Origin: a virus
Strand: one strand, 5' to 3'
IMG/VR virus record: IMGVR_UViG_3300021518_000005
Span: 1 to 64,000 of that record
DNA length: 64,000 bases
Shown here one piece after another: positions 41,393-52,058 of this stretch. Each line of letters begins with the position of its first letter. The first letter of the stretch is position 1. The notes beneath the pieces are model-generated. The model was not told where the DNA came from and did not search any database. It saw only the letters and a list, made by a program, of their open reading frames with translations. The position numbers were made by a program, and so were the translations under genes.

Positions 41393-42497
41393 ACTCAGAT
41401 GTGTCCTGCAACTTCCTAGCCACATCCTCCAATGCGGCGCGCTCATCAGCGCTGTACGAATGGATGTACACGCGCTCCGTGATGCTGGTAGTGCTATGGC
41501 CGAGTACATCACGCGCCACTGTCGAGGCATACCCGCTTTGGGCGATAAGCGATGCTACCGCATGGCGAAGATCATGTAATCGGATCGATTGCGGCAGCCC
41601 GATTCGCTTCAAGTCGGCCTTGAACGACCGCCAGAGATTATGCGGGTTGTACGGTGTGCCAACTTCAGATGGAAATACAAGTTGATGATCTTTCCATCCT
41701 GGTGCATCGCGCTCCTCATTTTGCACAGCCCTATGCACCTCAAGTGTTTGTACAAGCCACGGCGCAAGCGGAAGCGTTCTAACACCGCTCTCGGTTTTTG
41801 CATCAGCAATATGCAGCGTGCCAGCTTGCATATCAACATCGGCCCACTTCAGCGCGATTAATTCGCCACGTCGAAGGCCGAGTGATGCGCCAATGACATA
41901 GAGTGCATAGCGCCGTGTACCGCGTGCGCCATCGAGTAGTTGTCGGATATGCTCAATGGATACCGGCTGCACTTTGTACTTTCTTGGTTTTGGCACATCA
42001 ACATGTTCAGCCACGTTCCGTTGCACCATTTCGAGACGTACACCGTCGTTGAGTGCTCGACTCAAAACACCATGCGCGTATTCGATGGTACGAGTACTCA
42101 AGAGTGCGTCACGTTTCTTAGAACGCTTGTCACGCAGTTCTGAGAGCCAATGCTGTATATCTTGTGGCCGGAGCTTTACAAGTTTGATATGGCCGATATG
42201 CGGCTCGATATGCAGTCGAGACATATCACGGTAGCTTTCGTAGGTTCGCGCCTTGCCTGGTTTGACCGTATGCTCTAGCCAATACGCCATGTACTGCGTG
42301 ACTGTCATTTTATTGTCGATTGGCTCAGAGCCACGATTAAGTTCAGCCAAGATATTCGCTTGCCAGGTTGCAACTTCCTTGCGTGTCTTGCCGTATTTCC
42401 ACTTGCGTTTCCCATTGCCAAGTGATACAGCTGCGTACCATGTCCCGTCTTTGCGCTGCCCAATAGTGCCTTCATTTTGACCGCGTTTCTTAGGCAT
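41391..42497 (-). CDS. int: Tyrosine integrase
   Basis: N-terminal RGQNEGTI arm-binding domain; GLRRGE, KT, HDLRH, LGHS and catalytic Tyr (TERVY). Confidence 0.95.
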   Translation of the reverse strand: MPKKRGQNEGTIGQRKDGTWYAAVSLGNGKRKWKYGKTRKEVATWQANILAELNRGSEPIDNKMTVTQYMAYWLEHTVKPGKARTYESYRDMSRLHIEPHIGHIKLVKLRPQDIQHWLSELRDKRSKKRDALLSTRTIEYAHGVLSRALNDGVRLEMVQRNVAEHVDVPKPRKYKVQPVSIEHIRQLLDGARGTRRYALYVIGASLGLRRGELIALKWADVDMQAGTLHIADAKTESGVRTLPLAPWLVQTLEVHRAVQNEERDAPGWKDHQLVFPSEVGTPYNPHNLWRSFKADLKRIGLPQSIRLHDLRHAVASLIAQSGYASTVARDVLGHSTTSITERVYIHSYSADERAALEDVARKLQDTSE

Positions 42498-42817
42498 AAA
42501 AAATCCTCCAAGAACGTTCTTGGAGGATTATAGCATTTTTTTGTGTATCTGTTTGAATGTACCTTAAAATCCAGTTACCCTGACACCAGTAAGATCGAAC
42601 GCATGATTAAACCGTTCCCGATCCTGGCCTTTGAATACCAAATAGATGGGCTGTCCATCTTCATCTGTTGTGTTCAAATACACGGCTACATAGGGCTTAA
42701 TTTCACCCCCAGCCCGTGCTTCATCAGGATTTAACCACATCGGCCATTCCTCTAGCTCTTCAATGTGCGTTACGTGTTCTAGATTGATACGTATATTTCC
42801 AACACGAATCCAATTCA

Positions 42818-43186
42818 TTACAAATACTCCTTAATAAATGCGATAGCAGGGCCGTAGTCCCGAGCACTGTCATTGATTTCTGTCAATACGCCTCCATCAT
42901 AACTTATTGGGCTGGAAGACAATTCGGCCCATTCAGCAACAGGAAGTGGTAAAACACTTCCTTCCGGATCGTCATCAATATCTACACCAAAAGCATATAT
43001 TTCAACGCCGTAATCATCACTGTACATGCGTTCCCATCGCAAATTTCCCGTTTCTTGCTGATACAAATCACAGAGTACACCTAAACAACAGTAAGTGTCA
43101 TTACTCCAATGCAGTGCGTTAATACCATGTTTGTATTTGCCACTTTCCAGCGCGTCTAGCCACAACTGCTTAATGCGTGCATTCAT
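42818..43186 (-). CDS. Conserved phage protein (CCLGVLC family)
   Basis: WLDALESGKY...CCLGVLCDLY; paralogous to 15685..16032. Confidence 0.65.
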   Translation of the reverse strand: MNARIKQLWLDALESGKYKHGINALHWSNDTYCCLGVLCDLYQQETGNLRWERMYSDDYGVEIYAFGVDIDDDPEGSVLPLPVAEWAELSSSPISYDGGVLTEINDSARDYGPAIAFIKEYL

Positions 43187-43349
43187 TTTCCATACTCCTA
43201 AGCCATTGCTCTAATGCCTCGTGTCGAATAAAACGCCGTCGCCCACACTTGCCATAGCGCAACAGGCCACGGTTCATAGCCTCGTAGAGTGTAGTGCGAC
43301 AGAAGCCAGTTAGGATACTGGCTTCTGTGATCGTGTACGATAGTTTCAT
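43170..43349 (-). CDS. xis: Excisionase-like HTH protein (59 aa, below the ORF track cut-off)
   Basis: Translated by hand as MKLSYTITEASILTGFCRTTLYEAMNRGLLRYGKCGRRRFIRHEALEQWL...; ATGA-coupled to 43346..43933 and upstream of the integrase. Confidence 0.75.
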   Translation of the reverse strand: MKLSYTITEASILTGFCRTTLYEAMNRGLLRYGKCGRRRFIRHEALEQWLRSMENECTH

Positions 43350-43933
43350 GCGGCTTCACTGAGGATTTTTAACAGTGTATCGCGCTGCCATATTCGAGCA
43401 TCAGCAGCAGCAGCAGCATCAGCATCAGCACGCCACTCACTGTTAGACGGCTGATCGCCATCAATATACCGCTGATACAGATTAGCCACATGCTGTACCG
43501 CTTCTTTGTCGCGTGCATACCGGATAACGCCGTGTTGCGAATCAGTCAGCATGGCCACGACAAAGCGCTGCCACACATATCGAAGATCAACTCCAACCGG
43601 CATGGCTTCCCAAAATTGTACCGGCCAGTTTTTGGCCTCATGATTAGGCAGGCGCTCAAAAATACCATCTTGTAATCGCGCAATAACACGCGGAATACCA
43701 ATATATTCATATGCGGCATGATCGCTGTAATCGAACGATATACCAAGTACGTCGTTCATGTCGTACAGACTACACCCCACTGCGCAACCACGAAAACGAT
43801 TGTAATCAAAGTTTCCATAGGAACCTTGAACGTAATCATCCTGTGCTCGATGCTGCTTTGCCCGTGCAACCAGTTGTGCCTTGAGATTATAATCATCATT
43901 AAACGTTGTCGTGGACAGTTCCCATGTGTACAT
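43346..43933 (-). CDS. Conserved hypothetical phage protein with Ala/Asp low-complexity tract
   Basis: GCAVGC, GIP..IA.L.D.IFE and ADADAAAAADA segments. Confidence 0.6.
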   Translation of the reverse strand: MYTWELSTTTFNDDYNLKAQLVARAKQHRAQDDYVQGSYGNFDYNRFRGCAVGCSLYDMNDVLGISFDYSDHAAYEYIGIPRVIARLQDGIFERLPNHEAKNWPVQFWEAMPVGVDLRYVWQRFVVAMLTDSQHGVIRYARDKEAVQHVANLYQRYIDGDQPSNSEWRADADAAAAADARIWQRDTLLKILSEAA

Positions 43934-44144
43934 TGATTACTTTCCCTTGCTAAATACGTATACCGTTTCCGATGTTTACTTGCTTTCCTTTTCTGGCTCT
44001 GGCTCTGGCTCTGGCTGAATGTAAGGATACAGCCGATCAAAGCAATAGTTACAAAATGCACCCACCTCTGGATGCAGCTCGCCACAATTAATACAGTTAC
44101 TCCACATAGTAGATGCCTTCCCAGGTACGTTGTTACCTGACAAC

Positions 44145-44173
44145 ACATTACCACATCGGTAAGATATTGTCAA
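44145..44173 (-). promoter_or_regulatory. Promoter with operator variant
   Basis: TTGACA ATAT CTTACC GATGT GGTAAT GT; would drive the xis/int unit. Confidence 0.7.
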
Positions 44174-44241
44174 TACCCCCATTTTAAGCAAAAAAAACAC
44201 GCCCATGGTGATTGTGCCATGGGCGTGTCCGGTGATTAAAG

Positions 44242-44835
44242 TTACTTTTGTTTAATCATTGCGCGAATGGTGTTTGCAAGAGCGCCCTGTGTGTCAGCAG
44301 TTAAATCCCAAAAGATTCGACGGTTACTCCATGTCCAAACATAATCTTTTACGGCCTGCTCCGTCATGACCGGCCTACGTTTCAGTACATCGATTTCGTT
44401 GCGCAATGCCTTGACTTCTCGCTCCATTTGCGCTCTCAACTCGCTTATCTGTTGCCGTGCTGTGGCATCTACGGTGCTGGCTGGCTGACTCGGTGCAGGC
44501 GGAAGTGGTGCAACTTGTTGCCCGTTTGACGGATAGCCAGGTGTTACATAGCCAGGTACTTTGTAACGCACAAGTGCCTTTGCATCAGCAGACGGCCACG
44601 ACACATACAAGCCATCTGGCTCCACCGCGCAACCAGCGCGCCCCTCAAAAAACGAAGGAAGGTCGATATACTCAGCCCTATTAGGAGTAAAACACCGTAC
44701 AATATGCGTACCGAATTTGTGTCCAGTTCGTTCACCGCAATACACAATAAATACCGTGTTATCATCTGAACGAAACGACATGAGATCAGCACCACCGTAA
44801 ATTTCACTACCACCAGGAAGATTGTAGACCGTCAA
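44242..44835 (-). CDS. Hypothetical protein
   Basis: 197 aa ORF with a Pro-rich linker and coiled coil. Confidence 0.55.
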   Translation of the reverse strand: MTVYNLPGGSEIYGGADLMSFRSDDNTVFIVYCGERTGHKFGTHIVRCFTPNRAEYIDLPSFFEGRAGCAVEPDGLYVSWPSADAKALVRYKVPGYVTPGYPSNGQQVAPLPPAPSQPASTVDATARQQISELRAQMEREVKALRNEIDVLKRRPVMTEQAVKDYVWTWSNRRIFWDLTADTQGALANTIRAMIKQK

Positions 44836-45258
44836 TCACACATCACACTCCTTAATATTAATACCTGATTGTTCCAACATTTCAGTAGCTAACGGATGGA
44901 TACGATAGCCCTCTCGATACACAATGCGCTGTATGCCTGCATTGATCAGCGCCTTGGTACAGCTCAGGCATGGAAAATGAGTCACATACAACACGGCTCC
45001 ATCTGTTGCCCGACCGACATACGCGGCTTGAATAATGGCGTTGATTTCTGCATGTACCGACCGCACACAATGCCCATGTTCCAAGATGTGCCCAACATGA
45101 TCGCAATCGGCAAGACCACGCGGCGCACCATTATAGCCCGTCGAAAGGATAATATGTTGACACACAAGTACCGCGCCGACATGCGCCCGATCACACGTTG
45201 CGCGCTGACTTACTGCCTGAGCAATCGTCATAAAATACGAGTCCCAATTTTGCCGCAT
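44836..45258 (-). CDS. dCMP deaminase
   Basis: WDSYFM, RATC, GYNG, HAEINA, PCLSC. Confidence 0.93.
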   Translation of the reverse strand: MRQNWDSYFMTIAQAVSQRATCDRAHVGAVLVCQHIILSTGYNGAPRGLADCDHVGHILEHGHCVRSVHAEINAIIQAAYVGRATDGAVLYVTHFPCLSCTKALINAGIQRIVYREGYRIHPLATEMLEQSGINIKECDV

Positions 45259-46073
45259 TAGCGCACCGCAAATACCTGCACATCTGTATGTGCAATATGA
45301 TATTCTGGATAGTTCTTATCCTGTGCAGCGCCGTAGTTAACATGGAAAAACGTAGCGCCAATGACATTACCGCGTGCATATTGGCGTGTCCACTCGATAT
45401 ACTCTCGTATCTTTTGCGCCGTAGGGATCTTTGGATTGTTAATCCCATACTCACTCAGCACCCATGGCTTATCAGCAAAGTACTTCAGGTGCAGTGCCAG
45501 CGCGTCATCGGCCTGTCGTGTTCGTGGCCCTGGATAGTTTACAACAAGGCTGTCATACTCGTACACATGTACGCCAACCGCATCACAACGCCGTATTGCG
45601 GCTGCCGCAATTTCGAGCCACAACGCCTCTCGATACGTAGTACGAACGCCGTGTGAAGTCATGAGCATAGCCGGTGAGATGATGCGGGCATACGGCATCT
45701 GCTTACGTATTTCGGTGATTGTCCTGTCAAGATGCCATGCCCATCCATGAATTTCACTCTCACTCAAGGAGCGTACATTTGGCTCATTCCCTAGTTCAAT
45801 CCAAATATGCGGCTTAATCGCGTACCACGGTGCTATTTCCTGTACTACTTCCTCCGTATGTAGGAACACCGACCGACCGGATGCGGGATCGCCCACAGCT
45901 GTACGCACAATTGTATGGTCTGTTGCTGCACATACACGCGCTCGTGTTGTCGAGTTCCAACCCTCAACGAGTCCCCATGCCGTTACTACCTTAATACAAT
46001 CAAGTTTACCGATCTGTGTCATGGCATACAGATCGTCTAGTCTTGCATGTGTTAAAACAGGCCCATGAAACAC
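45258..46073 (-). CDS. Glycoside-hydrolase-like protein (GH-A TIM barrel)
   Basis: IELGNEPN acid/base motif, GVHVY, and WVLSEYG nucleophile motif. Confidence 0.65.
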   Translation of the reverse strand: MFHGPVLTHARLDDLYAMTQIGKLDCIKVVTAWGLVEGWNSTTRARVCAATDHTIVRTAVGDPASGRSVFLHTEEVVQEIAPWYAIKPHIWIELGNEPNVRSLSESEIHGWAWHLDRTITEIRKQMPYARIISPAMLMTSHGVRTTYREALWLEIAAAAIRRCDAVGVHVYEYDSLVVNYPGPRTRQADDALALHLKYFADKPWVLSEYGINNPKIPTAQKIREYIEWTRQYARGNVIGATFFHVNYGAAQDKNYPEYHIAHTDVQVFAVR

Positions 46074-46559
46074 TTACAAAACACCCCTCTCTACCATGAT
46101 GCGGATAATATCCAGCCAATACTCAACGCGCACTCGTGTACGCTCGTGAAGCATATAGTGCGTTGCTTTGCTGTAGTACCAATCAGACGGATCGAATCCT
46201 TGCCCTTGTGCCATGCTTGCACCCGCCCAATCTGCTACCATCTCCTTGATATATTTCTCTGGCATGTCTAGCGCTTTTGTTTCGCCGCGATCAAACGGCA
46301 AAAGCCAGTATTGCCAGTGATGTGGTTGACGTTTGACATGTGCATTCCAAGCATGTTGAAATGTGTCGGTCTCGACATAGTGCCTTGAACCATCTGGCTG
46401 ATAAAATGTTTGTGCATATGGAATGAGTTCAGATGGCAGAAACTTACTCCAATCATGCGTAAGTGCTTGCCACCAATGCACGCCAATTGCCATGCAAGCC
46501 CGCCATACATAGTATTTATGCGTAATGACGTAGCGCAAATAGGCAGTATATCGCTTCAT
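46074..46559 (-). CDS. DUF5662-like HD protein
   Basis: HK..V, HDWSKF.P.E, HHWQYW, EMVADW. Confidence 0.75.
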   Translation of the reverse strand: MKRYTAYLRYVITHKYYVWRACMAIGVHWWQALTHDWSKFLPSELIPYAQTFYQPDGSRHYVETDTFQHAWNAHVKRQPHHWQYWLLPFDRGETKALDMPEKYIKEMVADWAGASMAQGQGFDPSDWYYSKATHYMLHERTRVRVEYWLDIIRIMVERGVL

Positions 46560-46781
46560 GTAGTATCCTCGGCCAATGCTTCATTCACAATATCGACTAC
46601 GTGTTCAATGGGGGTCGATGTGATAAACCAACTGACAGCACCATTTGGTTCGTCATAATACACTTTCGTATTCCCGTTTTCCACTACTTCACAATACCGA
46701 ATGACATCAGACCGAATTGCATGCGTGCGATCTCGATCATTAGTTCCAGGGAAATGAAGTAATTTCATTAGTGCCTCCTAA

Positions 46782-47576
46782 TTACATAAAACAATATCCC
46801 GAATCACACACATCGTCATCTAATTCCGTCATTATTGCTTGACCACCCACAACCCGATCAAGTGGTCTTGATGTTCGCGTAAGATACACGTTCTTCCCAT
46901 GTAGTCGCTGTGCTTTTGCTTGAACCGCCTTTTCAAACACAACAGCTTTCTGAAATGTATCTGGATCTTCCGAGGCAAGGCGTTGCCACTCACTCAAGCG
47001 CGTAAATGGACAAAAGTAGCAAGCACTTTTAGGTGGCACGGGCAATCCAGCTTGAACAATAATATTAATACAATCCTGTCGTGTTAGACGCAGATCGAGT
47101 AACGGATACACATTTACCGTATATTGGTTCTGTGTGTTCGAGTTGGCCCGCATGAACTCATCCATACTGATTCCTAAGCCGATAGAGGCGGGCTTTTTCT
47201 TTGTTGCACCGCGCTCCCGTGCCACATATGAAACAACTCGTATTTTCCACTTTGCGGTGCAGCTGCGCTGCCAAGGCCCGCCCGTGCCAGGGAAAACGGG
47301 GATCGGTATCGATTGTGTATCGCCCAATGTTTCCTCGGCAACAGTTGGGGCGACTTGTCCATTGTGTGTCACTTTCACACGTTCAATAAACTCAATACCG
47401 TGTTTGTGTGCATACGGCATGGCAATATCACGTACATATGCTAGCGTTTTTGGTGCTTCGCTGTCGTCACCCGTATTAGCAAATACATGCAGTGGGAAAT
47501 CGATAACTCGTTGCGCGCTCAGGACAAGTGCCGCGATACTTTGTACACCCCCCCCACTACTAAACAATCGTATCAT
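46782..47576 (-). CDS. PAPS-reductase-like (PP-loop) protein, second copy
   Basis: SGGGVQS, FANTG, CTAKWKI, GIS.DE, KSACYFCPF, terminal CDSGYCF. Confidence 0.75.
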   Translation of the reverse strand: MIRLFSSGGGVQSIAALVLSAQRVIDFPLHVFANTGDDSEAPKTLAYVRDIAMPYAHKHGIEFIERVKVTHNGQVAPTVAEETLGDTQSIPIPVFPGTGGPWQRSCTAKWKIRVVSYVARERGATKKKPASIGLGISMDEFMRANSNTQNQYTVNVYPLLDLRLTRQDCINIIVQAGLPVPPKSACYFCPFTRLSEWQRLASEDPDTFQKAVVFEKAVQAKAQRLHGKNVYLTRTSRPLDRVVGGQAIMTELDDDVCDSGYCFM

Positions 47577-47611
47577 TTTTCATTCCTTTGTATCAAATTC
47601 GGCAGCCGCCA

Positions 47612-48067
47612 TTACGGTAATACATACACACATACATGTACACTCGATAAATACTGATCAATCATTGGTTCAATCTTGCGCCAGTCACCACCGGCAAGAC
47701 CTGTACCAATCTTCGGCATATGCACATCAAGGCCGCGTTCCGTTGCTTCTCGTTCGAGAAACATAAGACATGTACGCAATGCCTCATACCTCAATGGTAC
47801 TTTATTTTGAGGCGAACGCAAACCGGATTGTGCAATCATATTGCAGACCCATATCTCGTTATGAATATGTACCATTTGTATATCACCAAGATATAGTCCA
47901 TGTTGTTTTCGCGCTTGATGATAGTCCAATTCAGGTTTTTTCCACTGTCTTGAGAGAGCAGTAACAAAACCTTTTCCCCACGCCCCTTGATCGTTGCATA
48001 CATGCGCCACAATTGCGCGTTCACTACCAATATGTTGAAAAAGGTCGCCTGTAATATATGTGATCAT
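47612..48067 (-). CDS. Macro domain protein
   Basis: ITYITGDLF, HVCND.GAWGKGF, MPKIGTGLAGGDW. Confidence 0.88.
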   Translation of the reverse strand: MITYITGDLFQHIGSERAIVAHVCNDQGAWGKGFVTALSRQWKKPELDYHQARKQHGLYLGDIQMVHIHNEIWVCNMIAQSGLRSPQNKVPLRYEALRTCLMFLEREATERGLDVHMPKIGTGLAGGDWRKIEPMIDQYLSSVHVCVYVLP

Positions 48068-48117
48068 GATTGTATGGAAGTGTAAGATAGTCTTACACTT
48101 CCACTACTTTTATACTC

Positions 48118-50826
48118 CTAGCACGCGGTATACTCACAGGCTGTACACTTTGTACAGCCCTCCGATTTCATGAGACTAAATTGCTTGCGCGGGCATGGGC
48201 ATAGCATCCCCGTAGCCTTGTGTGGCGTTTTAGCTACTGGTGTCTCTGCCTCGACTGCCCGATATGTGGTGCTGTACTCCGCTAGCACCTTGCCTATTGC
48301 ATCCGGCACACTAGCTACCCGATTCAGCCCAAAACCAATGCTAGTACTTCCGCCGATTCCACGCAATTGCTCGCTAATCAAGTCAACACCAATGCCACAA
48401 CGCAGCGCAAGCGACACGAGACGGCCTAGCGCCTCGGTGAAAGCACTCAAGTCACTTCCTGCTCTTCCGATAACTGCAAACGTCTCGACGGGCGCTCCAT
48501 CCATCTCTGTCACAAACAGATGGAGATCACCTAATGGTGTTCTTACGCGATGCGCGGTCGCTGGTAGCTCATCAGGCACATCAATCGGCCATGACCGTAG
48601 CTCCTGTACCTCGACAATTTCCGGCCATTCTGCTGATTCAGTACTGCTTGTTGTGTTGCCTGTTGATAACACCTGCCCTGAGCGTGAGCCGTCTCGATAG
48701 ACCGTAATACCCTTACATCCGAGCCGATATGCTAGCTCGTATGCCTGTACAACATCCTCAATGGTAGCTGATTGCGGCGCGTTAATTGTTTTACTGATGG
48801 CACTATCAACATGGCGCTGAAATGCGGCCTGCATGCGTACATGCCACGACGGATCAATCTCGTTTGCTGTTCGGAATAGGCGTTGCACGGCTGCCGGAAT
48901 TTCAGGATGTTGAATACTTCCCGTGGCTGCAATGCGCTCCATTAACTCATCAGTGTACCATCCCTCCCGTTGAGCGCGTGCCACAAAATCAGCATGCACA
49001 TCAGGAAGCTGCATACCGGCCTGGTTACGCATAAACGCCACGGCAAATAATGGTTCGACACCACCTGAGCAGCCAGCAATGATACTGATACTGCCAGTCG
49101 GTGCAACAGTCGTCACATTACAATGCCGCATCTCGATATGTGGGTGAATGCGCCGCCCTTGACTATCTCTTGCACATGTCTCATCCGGCCCCCAGGTGCT
49201 TTCGATCCATTCAGGAAACACGTTGCGTTCATCGGCAAGATCGCTACTGGCGGCATGTGCTATAGTCTGAATACGACTCATCACATAATCAGCAAGTTCA
49301 AGCGCATCCTCACTATCATACGGAATATTGAGTTTAATCAAGGCGTCGGCCCAACCCATCACACCAAGGCCAATGCGCCGAATGCTCTGTGCCAAACTTG
49401 TAATAGCTGGCAGTGGATAGGTATTTGCGTCAATGACATTATCGAGGAAGCGAACGGCAATACGTACTGTATCCTCCAATCCTGTCACGTCTATCGAGCG
49501 CGTATCCTCGTCAACAAATGCACTGATATTGATACTGCCAAGATTACATACATCATTTGCAAGAAGCGCTTGCTCACCGCAATTATGTACCAAAAACCCT
49601 GTCACCAAGGAGCCATTATGGGCTTTCTTGTCACATATAAAGAAATTATGCGCCTCCTCCACAGTGCCATCATAAACATCGGCGCAACCATCAGGAATGA
49701 CCGACATAACAACATGGTTGCTATTGCATTGCTCAATAAAAGATCTTTCACTGCCAAATAAACGCGCTAAAACCTTACGACCGGGCAGGTTTTCTTTACG
49801 TGCGTGCGCAAGCCATTCGGTTAATGTAATAGGCCGACCAAGAACATTTGATAGTTTCACGCCCTGATGTAGTACATCATCGGCCTGAACATCCTTGTAT
49901 TGGCTATTCATTGCACCTAACGCATGAAACTGCTTGTGTTCCTTGCTTCCCATAACCGTCAAATTATCCAGTCTGTTGTCTGTAAAGTCACCATTGACGT
50001 GATGAACAACCTGATCAATTGATAGAGTTTCCCCTGTAACGTACTCCATGAGTAAACGATAATGGGGACGGAACACGCTCAAGCCATTGCGCACCATCAT
50101 ATCTCCACGACGTGCGCCTTGCTTAATGAAATGAGGGTAGAGTCGATCACCAACGCAAAGATCACTCGCCTTCTTCCATGTACCATCACGCAACATAAAC
50201 AAATGATCGGGCGTACATTGTACAAAATCTAAATCACGACCAACAGTAGTGCCTCCGCGTTTGTCATACGTTACACGTACAAGTGGCTTGTTTTTGCCTG
50301 TTTTGTGAATATTGTACATGCGTCGAACAACAGTTTTGTCGTTCAACAGACAGTACACCAAAGGTTCTGTGCCAACAAGATCAACAAATGGCTTTGGCCC
50401 TTCCACAGTTGAAACAAGTGTGTCGCCCGTAAAGCAAGGATTACACGCCTCGTAACGTCCGAGATGCGGCACGGGATTGTAGTAGTTTACTCTATCAATA
50501 AAGAATAATCCTGGTTCACCCGTTTCCCATGCACATTGTGCAATAAGACTAAATACAAGACGCGCTTGAATGATAGCAGGATAGCCCGCTTGAACCAAGA
50601 CATCACCTGTAAGTGGATGAGTCATTGTCTCGTTTGGTACATGCACATCGCCTGTACGCGGATTCATTAGCATGTACGGCGCATCATCATATACGGCCTG
50701 CATAAAATCATCAGTGATAGCCACTGAAATGTTGAAATTCGTCAGCTTTGTTGTGTCGCGCTTGCATGTGATAAACCTCAGAATATCAGGATGTGTACAA
50801 TGCAGGATCGCCATGTTCGCCCCACG
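48118..50826 (-). CDS. nrdJ: Class II (B12-dependent) ribonucleotide reductase, exon 2 (contains an intein)
   Basis: RGANM, WETGEPGL, NP[intein]CGEQ, CNLGSIN, RRIGLGVMG, VAPTGS, ISKTIN, KGITVYRDGSR; C-terminal TSCPD-like domain and Zn-finger-like tail. Confidence 0.92.
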   Translation of the reverse strand, partial: RGANMAILHCTHPDILRFITCKRDTTKLTNFNISVAITDDFMQAVYDDAPYMLMNPRTGDVHVPNETMTHPLTGDVLVQAGYPAIIQARLVFSLIAQCAWETGEPGLFFIDRVNYYNPVPHLGRYEACNPCFTGDTLVSTVEGPKPFVDLVGTEPLVYCLLNDKTVVRRMYNIHKTGKNKPLVRVTYDKRGGTTVGRDLDFVQCTPDHLFMLRDGTWKKASDLCVGDRLYPHFIKQGARRGDMMVRNGLSVFRPHYRLLMEYVTGETLSIDQVVHHVNGDFTDNRLDNLTVMGSKEHKQFHALGAMNSQYKDVQADDVLHQGVKLSNVLGRPITLTEWLAHARKENLPGRKVLARLFGSERSFIEQCNSNHVVMSVIPDGCADVYDGTVEEAHNFFICDKKAHNGSLVTGFLVHNCGEQALLANDVCNLGSINISAFVDEDTRSIDVTGLEDTVRIAVRFLDNVIDANTYPLPAITSLAQSIRRIGLGVMGWADALIKLNIPYDSEDALELADYVMSRIQTIAHAASSDLADERNVFPEWIESTWGPDETCARDSQGRRIHPHIEMRHCNVTTVAPTGSISIIAGCSGGVEPLFAVAFMRNQAGMQLPDVHADFVARAQREGWYTDELMERIAATGSIQHPEIPAAVQRLFRTANEIDPSWHVRMQAAFQRHVDSAISKTINAPQSATIEDVVQAYELAYRLGCKGITVYRDGSRSGQVLSTGNTTSSTESAEWPEIVEVQELRSWPIDVPDELPATAHRVRTPLGDLHLFVTEMDGAPVETFAVIGRAGSDLSAFTEALGRLVSLALRCGIGVDLISEQLRGIGGSTSIGFGLNRVASVPDAIGKVLAEYSTTYRAVEAETPVAKTPHKATGMLCPCPRKQFSLMKSEGCTKCTACEYTAC
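49582..50436 (-). mobile_element. Intein (285 aa) with HNH endonuclease, at the RNR active-site NP|CGE
   Basis: Starts CFTGDT; block B CTPDHLF; HNH motif VHHVNGDFTDNRLDNL; block F VYDGTV..AHNF; ends VHN followed by +1 Cys. Confidence 0.93.
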
Positions 50827-52058
50827 CATATGTGTTACACTGCATAAGCAGGACTAGATCATTTCTGTCTAGTTCTTGCGTTTTCACGCAAGATCGGATC
50901 ATATCATCAGGTTACACTAGTAAATTTTGCCCTTTTGCGCTCTAAGTGTATACTTGAACACCTATACATCATTGAACCAATTGCGTCGATAGTCTTGGGA
51001 TTGGAAAATTCTATTAGGCTGGTACCCTTTTTGGGTTGGATACCACCCCGTAACACCAGAATGCCCTGCTCTGTCAGGAATTGGGCTAAACCACTTACAA
51101 ATGGTTGACCACATGTAAAGGATAGTTTACATTTCTGATATGGCCCATATGTTTTATCTCTAACAGTATGAAAGCGCTTGTATATCGACAAACACCCATC
51201 GGCATCAAAAACACCCCGAATATAAGCCCAAGAAAGTATATGATCTGAAAATGCAATAAATGGTTCATTGCCGGATTTACGACCGCATGGCATGCCAGCA
51301 CTGATTAAGTCGTTGCAAATTTGCGTATTATTTACGCTTAATCTCCACTTTGCTTGCTCTGTGGGATGGCCTAATGAAGACACAACAAGTCGCACCGCAT
51401 CTGAATCCCCCAAGCATGTGGCAATGCGCTGAAGATGAGGCGCATCAACATCGGCCACTTGCAAAGACAGCCGTTTGGAAGTTTTTCGATCTGTTATATG
51501 CCCATCGGCTGTAAGAAAACCCAAAAGATAGGCTTGTTCGTCATTGGTAATGTCGTGGAAATAGTGCGTATTAAATGTTCTGACAACCGATTTTAATCTA
51601 CCCGCAATGCTTGGTTGTCGTCTAGGTAGGCCATACAGTTCCATGTATGATACCACTGTATTGCGTCCTACGCCATAAAAACGGGCTATATCCACCGTAG
51701 ACCACTGTTCAATGATATATAGTTGTTCAAGTACATCTCGCGTAAGCACATGAGCCAATTTTCGTGCAATCCCGTCGCGTGCCAACTGACCTTGAATATT
51801 GTCAGCCCCTACTTTCAACTGTTTCATATCCCCCCTTTACGGTTTGTATTTTGTATTATACCGTATCGGTAAGAAATGATCAAGTTGATTTTGGTGATCT
51901 CTGAACGTTTTACCGTGTCACCACGGCAACTTCGCTGCTGATTGTCCAATCCCCATATTTTTCAAACAATCACGCTTGCCATTACTAGCTACGTTGTTGC
52001 AATGAGGCTCTAAGGATGTTCCAGCAATTCACGCGATTTATCGTGCGCCAGTAGGTTA
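50827..52058 (-). mobile_element. Group I intron in nrdJ
   Basis: Splicing restores KQGGVR|RGANM. P1 GTGCGT/GCGCAC has a U.G pair at the 5' site; terminal G; P element AATTGCTGGAA; R TCAGAGATCA pairs with S GATATGATCC (P7). Confidence 0.92.
50907..51827 (-). CDS. Intron-encoded LAGLIDADG homing endonuclease
   Basis: Two motifs, YLLGFLTADG and YIRGVFDADG, plus an N-terminal HTH. Confidence 0.9.
   Translation of the reverse strand: MKQLKVGADNIQGQLARDGIARKLAHVLTRDVLEQLYIIEQWSTVDIARFYGVGRNTVVSYMELYGLPRRQPSIAGRLKSVVRTFNTHYFHDITNDEQAYLLGFLTADGHITDRKTSKRLSLQVADVDAPHLQRIATCLGDSDAVRLVVSSLGHPTEQAKWRLSVNNTQICNDLISAGMPCGRKSGNEPFIAFSDHILSWAYIRGVFDADGCLSIYKRFHTVRDKTYGPYQKCKLSFTCGQPFVSGLAQFLTEQGILVLRGGIQPKKGTSLIEFSNPKTIDAIGSMMYRCSSIHLERKRAKFTSVT

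Noticed and set aside
52056-52058. nrdJ pseudogene or stop-codon recoding
   Set aside because: The TAA is the first three bases of the group I intron, and other genes read normally in the standard code.
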